Shown: positions 37,954 through 40,575 of the stretch, piece after piece
How positions within the stretch are numbered: position 1 is the first letter of the stretch
Layout of the letters: every line of letters starts with the position of its first letter
NCBI GenBank assembly: GCA_046540795.1
Contig: JBKHEN010000003.1
Coordinates: 1 to 40,575 of the forward strand
Direction of reading: 5' to 3'
DNA from: Spirochaetaceae bacterium
GTDB taxonomy: Bacteria > Spirochaetota > Spirochaetia > DSM-27196 > PWMO01
Length of the DNA: 40,575 bases
Position numbers and translations under genes: made by a program
Notes under the pieces: model-generated
The model's database searches: none
What the model saw: only the letters and a program-made list of their open reading frames with translations
What the model was told of the DNA's origin: nothing

Positions 37954-40392
37954 GTGTCCGATCAGGAACGCCACGGACGAGTCATCCCCGTGGCCATCGA
38001 GGACGAGGTCAAGGAATCCTATCTGAACTATGCCATGTCGGTCATCGTGAGCCGGGCGTTACCGGACGTGCGCGACGGGCTCAAGCCGGTGCACCGGCGC
38101 ATCCTCTATGCGATGAGCGACATGGGGTTGCGTCCCGATCGCCCCTACAAAAAGAGCGGCCGCATCGTGGGGGACGTGCTGGGAAAGTATCATCCCCACG
38201 GGGATCAGAGCATCTACGACGCGCAGACTCGACTCGCGCAGGAGTTCACCATGCGCTATCCCATGGTGGACGGTCAGGGAAACTTCGGGTCCGTCGACGG
38301 AGATCCTCCGGCGGCCATGCGCTACACCGAGGCGCGGATGACGCGCATCTCCGAAGAGATGCTCCGGGATTTGGGCAAGGACACCGTGGACTTCGGTCCC
38401 AACTATGACGATACCATCACCGAGCCTCTGGTGCTGCCGGGGGCCGTTCCATATCTTTTGGTAAACGGCGCGGCCGGTATTGCCGTAGGCATGGCCACCC
38501 TTATGCCCCCGCACAACCTCAACGAGATCTCCGACGCCATCGCGGCATACATCGACAACCCCGATGCCGAGGTGGATGAGCTCATGGAGCACGTCACCGG
38601 CCCGGATTTTCCCACCGGCGGCATCATCTACGGTACCCGCGGCATCGCCGATGCCTATCGCACCGGAAAGGGCCGGATCGTCGTGCGGGCCCGGTTCACC
38701 ATCGAGTCCCTGCAGGGCGGCAAGGACGCCATTGTGGTAACCGAGATCCCCTACCAGGTGAACAAGGCCACCCTGGTTACCCGGATCGCCGACCTCGTGC
38801 GGGACCGACGGATCGACGGCATCAGCGATCTCCGCGACGAGTCCGACCGCACCGGGTTGCGTATCGTCATCGAGCTGAAACGAGGGGCGAGCCCGAAGAT
38901 CATTTTGAATCAGCTTTTCACCCATACCCAGCTCCAGGTCAACTTCAACGTCAACGCACTGGCGCTGGTGCACGGGAGACCGGAGCTCCTCGATCTGAAG
39001 CAGGCCATCCGCCACTTCGTGGAGCACCGCCGGGAGGTGGTGATTCGGCGGACCAGGTACGATCTGCAGAAAGCCGAAGAGCGCGCGCACATCCTCGAAG
39101 GCCTGAAAATCGCCCTCGACAACATCGACGAGGTGGTGCAGATCATCCGTGAGTCGGCGGACGTCAATGAGGCGCGCGCACGGCTCATGGAGCGTTTCGA
39201 GCTCTCTGAGGCCCAGTCTCAGGCGATTCTCGACATGCGACTTCAGAAGCTCACCAGTCTCGAGACGAAGAAGATAGCCGAAGAGCTTGAAGCGACCCGT
39301 GCGCTCATTGCGGAGCTGCGGGCGTTGCTTGCAAGCGAAGAGAAGATCCTCGGCGTGGTCCGCGATGAAACCCTCGAGCTTGCCGAGCGCTACGGCGATG
39401 AGCGGCGCACCGAGATCGTGCCGGAAGAGGTGGAGGCCATCGACATCGAGGACCTCATCCAGCGGGAAGACATGGTGGTGGTCATCTCGAACCGGGGCTA
39501 CATCAAACGTATGCCGCTCTCCTCCTACCGCGTACAGGGTCGCGGAGGCAAGGGGCGAGCCGCGGCAACGCTCAGGGAGGACGACTTCATCCGTCACCTG
39601 TTCATCGGATCCACGCATGACTACATCCTTTTTGCCACGAGCGAGGGTAAGGCCTATTACCTGAAAGTCCATCAGATCCCCGAGGGTTCCCGGGCAGCCC
39701 GGGGACAGCACGTGCGGGGACTTCTCAGTGTCTCGAGCGACGAGGAGATCACCGCGGTGGTGCGGTTCAGCGAGTTCACCGACGAACGCTACCTGTTCAT
39801 GACGACTATGCAGGGCATCGTGAAGAAGGTGAAGGTAAGTGACTTCGCCAATGCCCGTACCCGCGGTATTGCTGCGATCAGCCTGCGTGCGGGGGACAAG
39901 CTTGCCGAGGCGATGCTCACCGGCGGGGAGGACGAGCTGGTGCTGGTCACCCGCAACGGTCGGGGTCTGCGCATGGATGAGCGGAGCGTCCGACCGATGG
40001 GCCGGTCGAGCCGCGGCGTGCAGGGGATGCGGCTCGCCGGTGGCGATGAGCTCGCCGGCGCGGTGTCGGTGGCCGAGAACAAGCAGATGCTGCTCATCAC
40101 TCAGTACGGCTACGGCAAGCGAACCGACTTCCACGAGCTCACGATCCACGGCCGAGGCACCGGCGGGCAGCGAGTTTACGGTGTGAGCGAACGCACCGGA
40201 GAGGTCGTCGGCGTGCAGCCGGTGGCCGAGGACGATGACCTCGTGGTGGTGACCTCTCAGGGCACCTCCATCAAGCTGAAGGTCTCACAGATCCCCGTGC
40301 AGGGCCGTTCCGCCGCCGGCGTGCGGGTCGTCGGAATCGATCGGCCGGACTACGTGGTCGGAGTCGGTCGCGCCGCGACCGATGAGGAATAG
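37954..40392 (+). CDS. gyrA: DNA gyrase subunit A
   Basis: [26 protein letters not shown] (catalytic Tyr), GyrA-box QGRGGKG, beta-pinwheel CTD. Confidence 0.98.
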   Translation: MSDQERHGRVIPVAIEDEVKESYLNYAMSVIVSRALPDVRDGLKPVHRRILYAMSDMGLRPDRPYKKSGRIVGDVLGKYHPHGDQSIYDAQTRLAQEFTMRYPMVDGQGNFGSVDGDPPAAMRYTEARMTRISEEMLRDLGKDTVDFGPNYDDTITEPLVLPGAVPYLLVNGAAGIAVGMATLMPPHNLNEISDAIAAYIDNPDAEVDELMEHVTGPDFPTGGIIYGTRGIADAYRTGKGRIVVRARFTIESLQGGKDAIVVTEIPYQVNKATLVTRIADLVRDRRIDGISDLRDESDRTGLRIVIELKRGASPKIILNQLFTHTQLQVNFNVNALALVHGRPELLDLKQAIRHFVEHRREVVIRRTRYDLQKAEERAHILEGLKIALDNIDEVVQIIRESADVNEARARLMERFELSEAQSQAILDMRLQKLTSLETKKIAEELEATRALIAELRALLASEEKILGVVRDETLELAERYGDERRTEIVPEEVEAIDIEDLIQREDMVVVISNRGYIKRMPLSSYRVQGRGGKGRAAATLREDDFIRHLFIGSTHDYILFATSEGKAYYLKVHQIPEGSRAARGQHVRGLLSVSSDEEITAVVRFSEFTDERYLFMTTMQGIVKKVKVSDFANARTRGIAAISLRAGDKLAEAMLTGGEDELVLVTRNGRGLRMDERSVRPMGRSSRGVQGMRLAGGDELAGAVSVAENKQMLLITQYGYGKRTDFHELTIHGRGTGGQRVYGVSERTGEVVGVQPVAEDDDLVVVTSQGTSIKLKVSQIPVQGRSAAGVRVVGIDRPDYVVGVGRAATDEE

Positions 40393-40536
40393 TAACCGGT
40401 CGACCTTTGGGGTGACGTAATGGGGGCCCCGACCCAGGACGCCCGGGGCGCCGGGGCCGCGGGGCCGCCGAGGCCGGGCAGCATGTCCGCGCGCCCACTG
40501 CGGGGGGGGGCCACTCCGGGGGCGCCGGCCCCGCAG

Positions 40537-40552
40537 TGTTTCACGTGAAACA
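40537..40552. other. parS: parS centromere-like site
   Basis: Perfect 16-bp palindrome TGTTTCACGTGAAACA matching the ParB/Spo0J consensus, about 6.5 kb from oriC. Confidence 0.92.
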
Positions 40553-40575
40553 TCCGACCGGAGACGGGACCGCCA

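Noticed and set aside
39421-39480. Possible internal start (ATG 39472) for a separately expressed GyrA C-terminal domain like Borrelia Gac
   Set aside because: Only a weak SD-like GGGAAG and no evident internal promoter; a Met here can be ordinary.
38059-40149. Long antisense ORFs (696 aa opposite gyrA; also 2828-4294, 12799-14316, 15360-16766, 36341-37480 and 322-1590)
   Set aside because: Shadow frames of well-supported genes in a high-GC genome, with no recognisable motifs.

Overview
GC-rich bacterial chromosome segment spanning the replication origin. The host is most likely a free-living, probably halo/alkaliphilic spirochaete: dnaA is divergent from gyrB, dnaA-dnaN-recF-dciA-rpmH-rnpA-yidC-jag are co-oriented, L34 has a ...SDERKPY tail, and the 'FAGG' solute-binding proteins are extremely acidic. 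From left to right the window holds the end of a NadR/AAA_28-like gene; a sugar locus (LacI-type sensor-GGDEF, ABC binding protein, 2 permeases, GH3, membrane AraC regulator); a ~160-190 nt rod-like structured intergenic element; a gatC-gatA-gatB-aspS(ND)-marC operon; a GH63-like gene; an SDR; a TRAP transporter with a YesM/YesN-type two-component system; wrbA; a yecA-like gene; gcvH; the origin gene cluster with oriC; gyrB-gyrA; and a perfect parS. The standout is GatB fused in frame to a complete GatD/asparaginase-like domain whose first catalytic Thr is replaced by Ala, encoded with an apparently intact GatA/GatC and an archaeal-type non-discriminating AspRS. Other notable items are a 6S-like RNA candidate, an extra DnaA-box cluster downstream of jag, and a GH63-like protein with a His at the expected catalytic Asp. 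All calls come from motif recognition by eye; no database searches were run.
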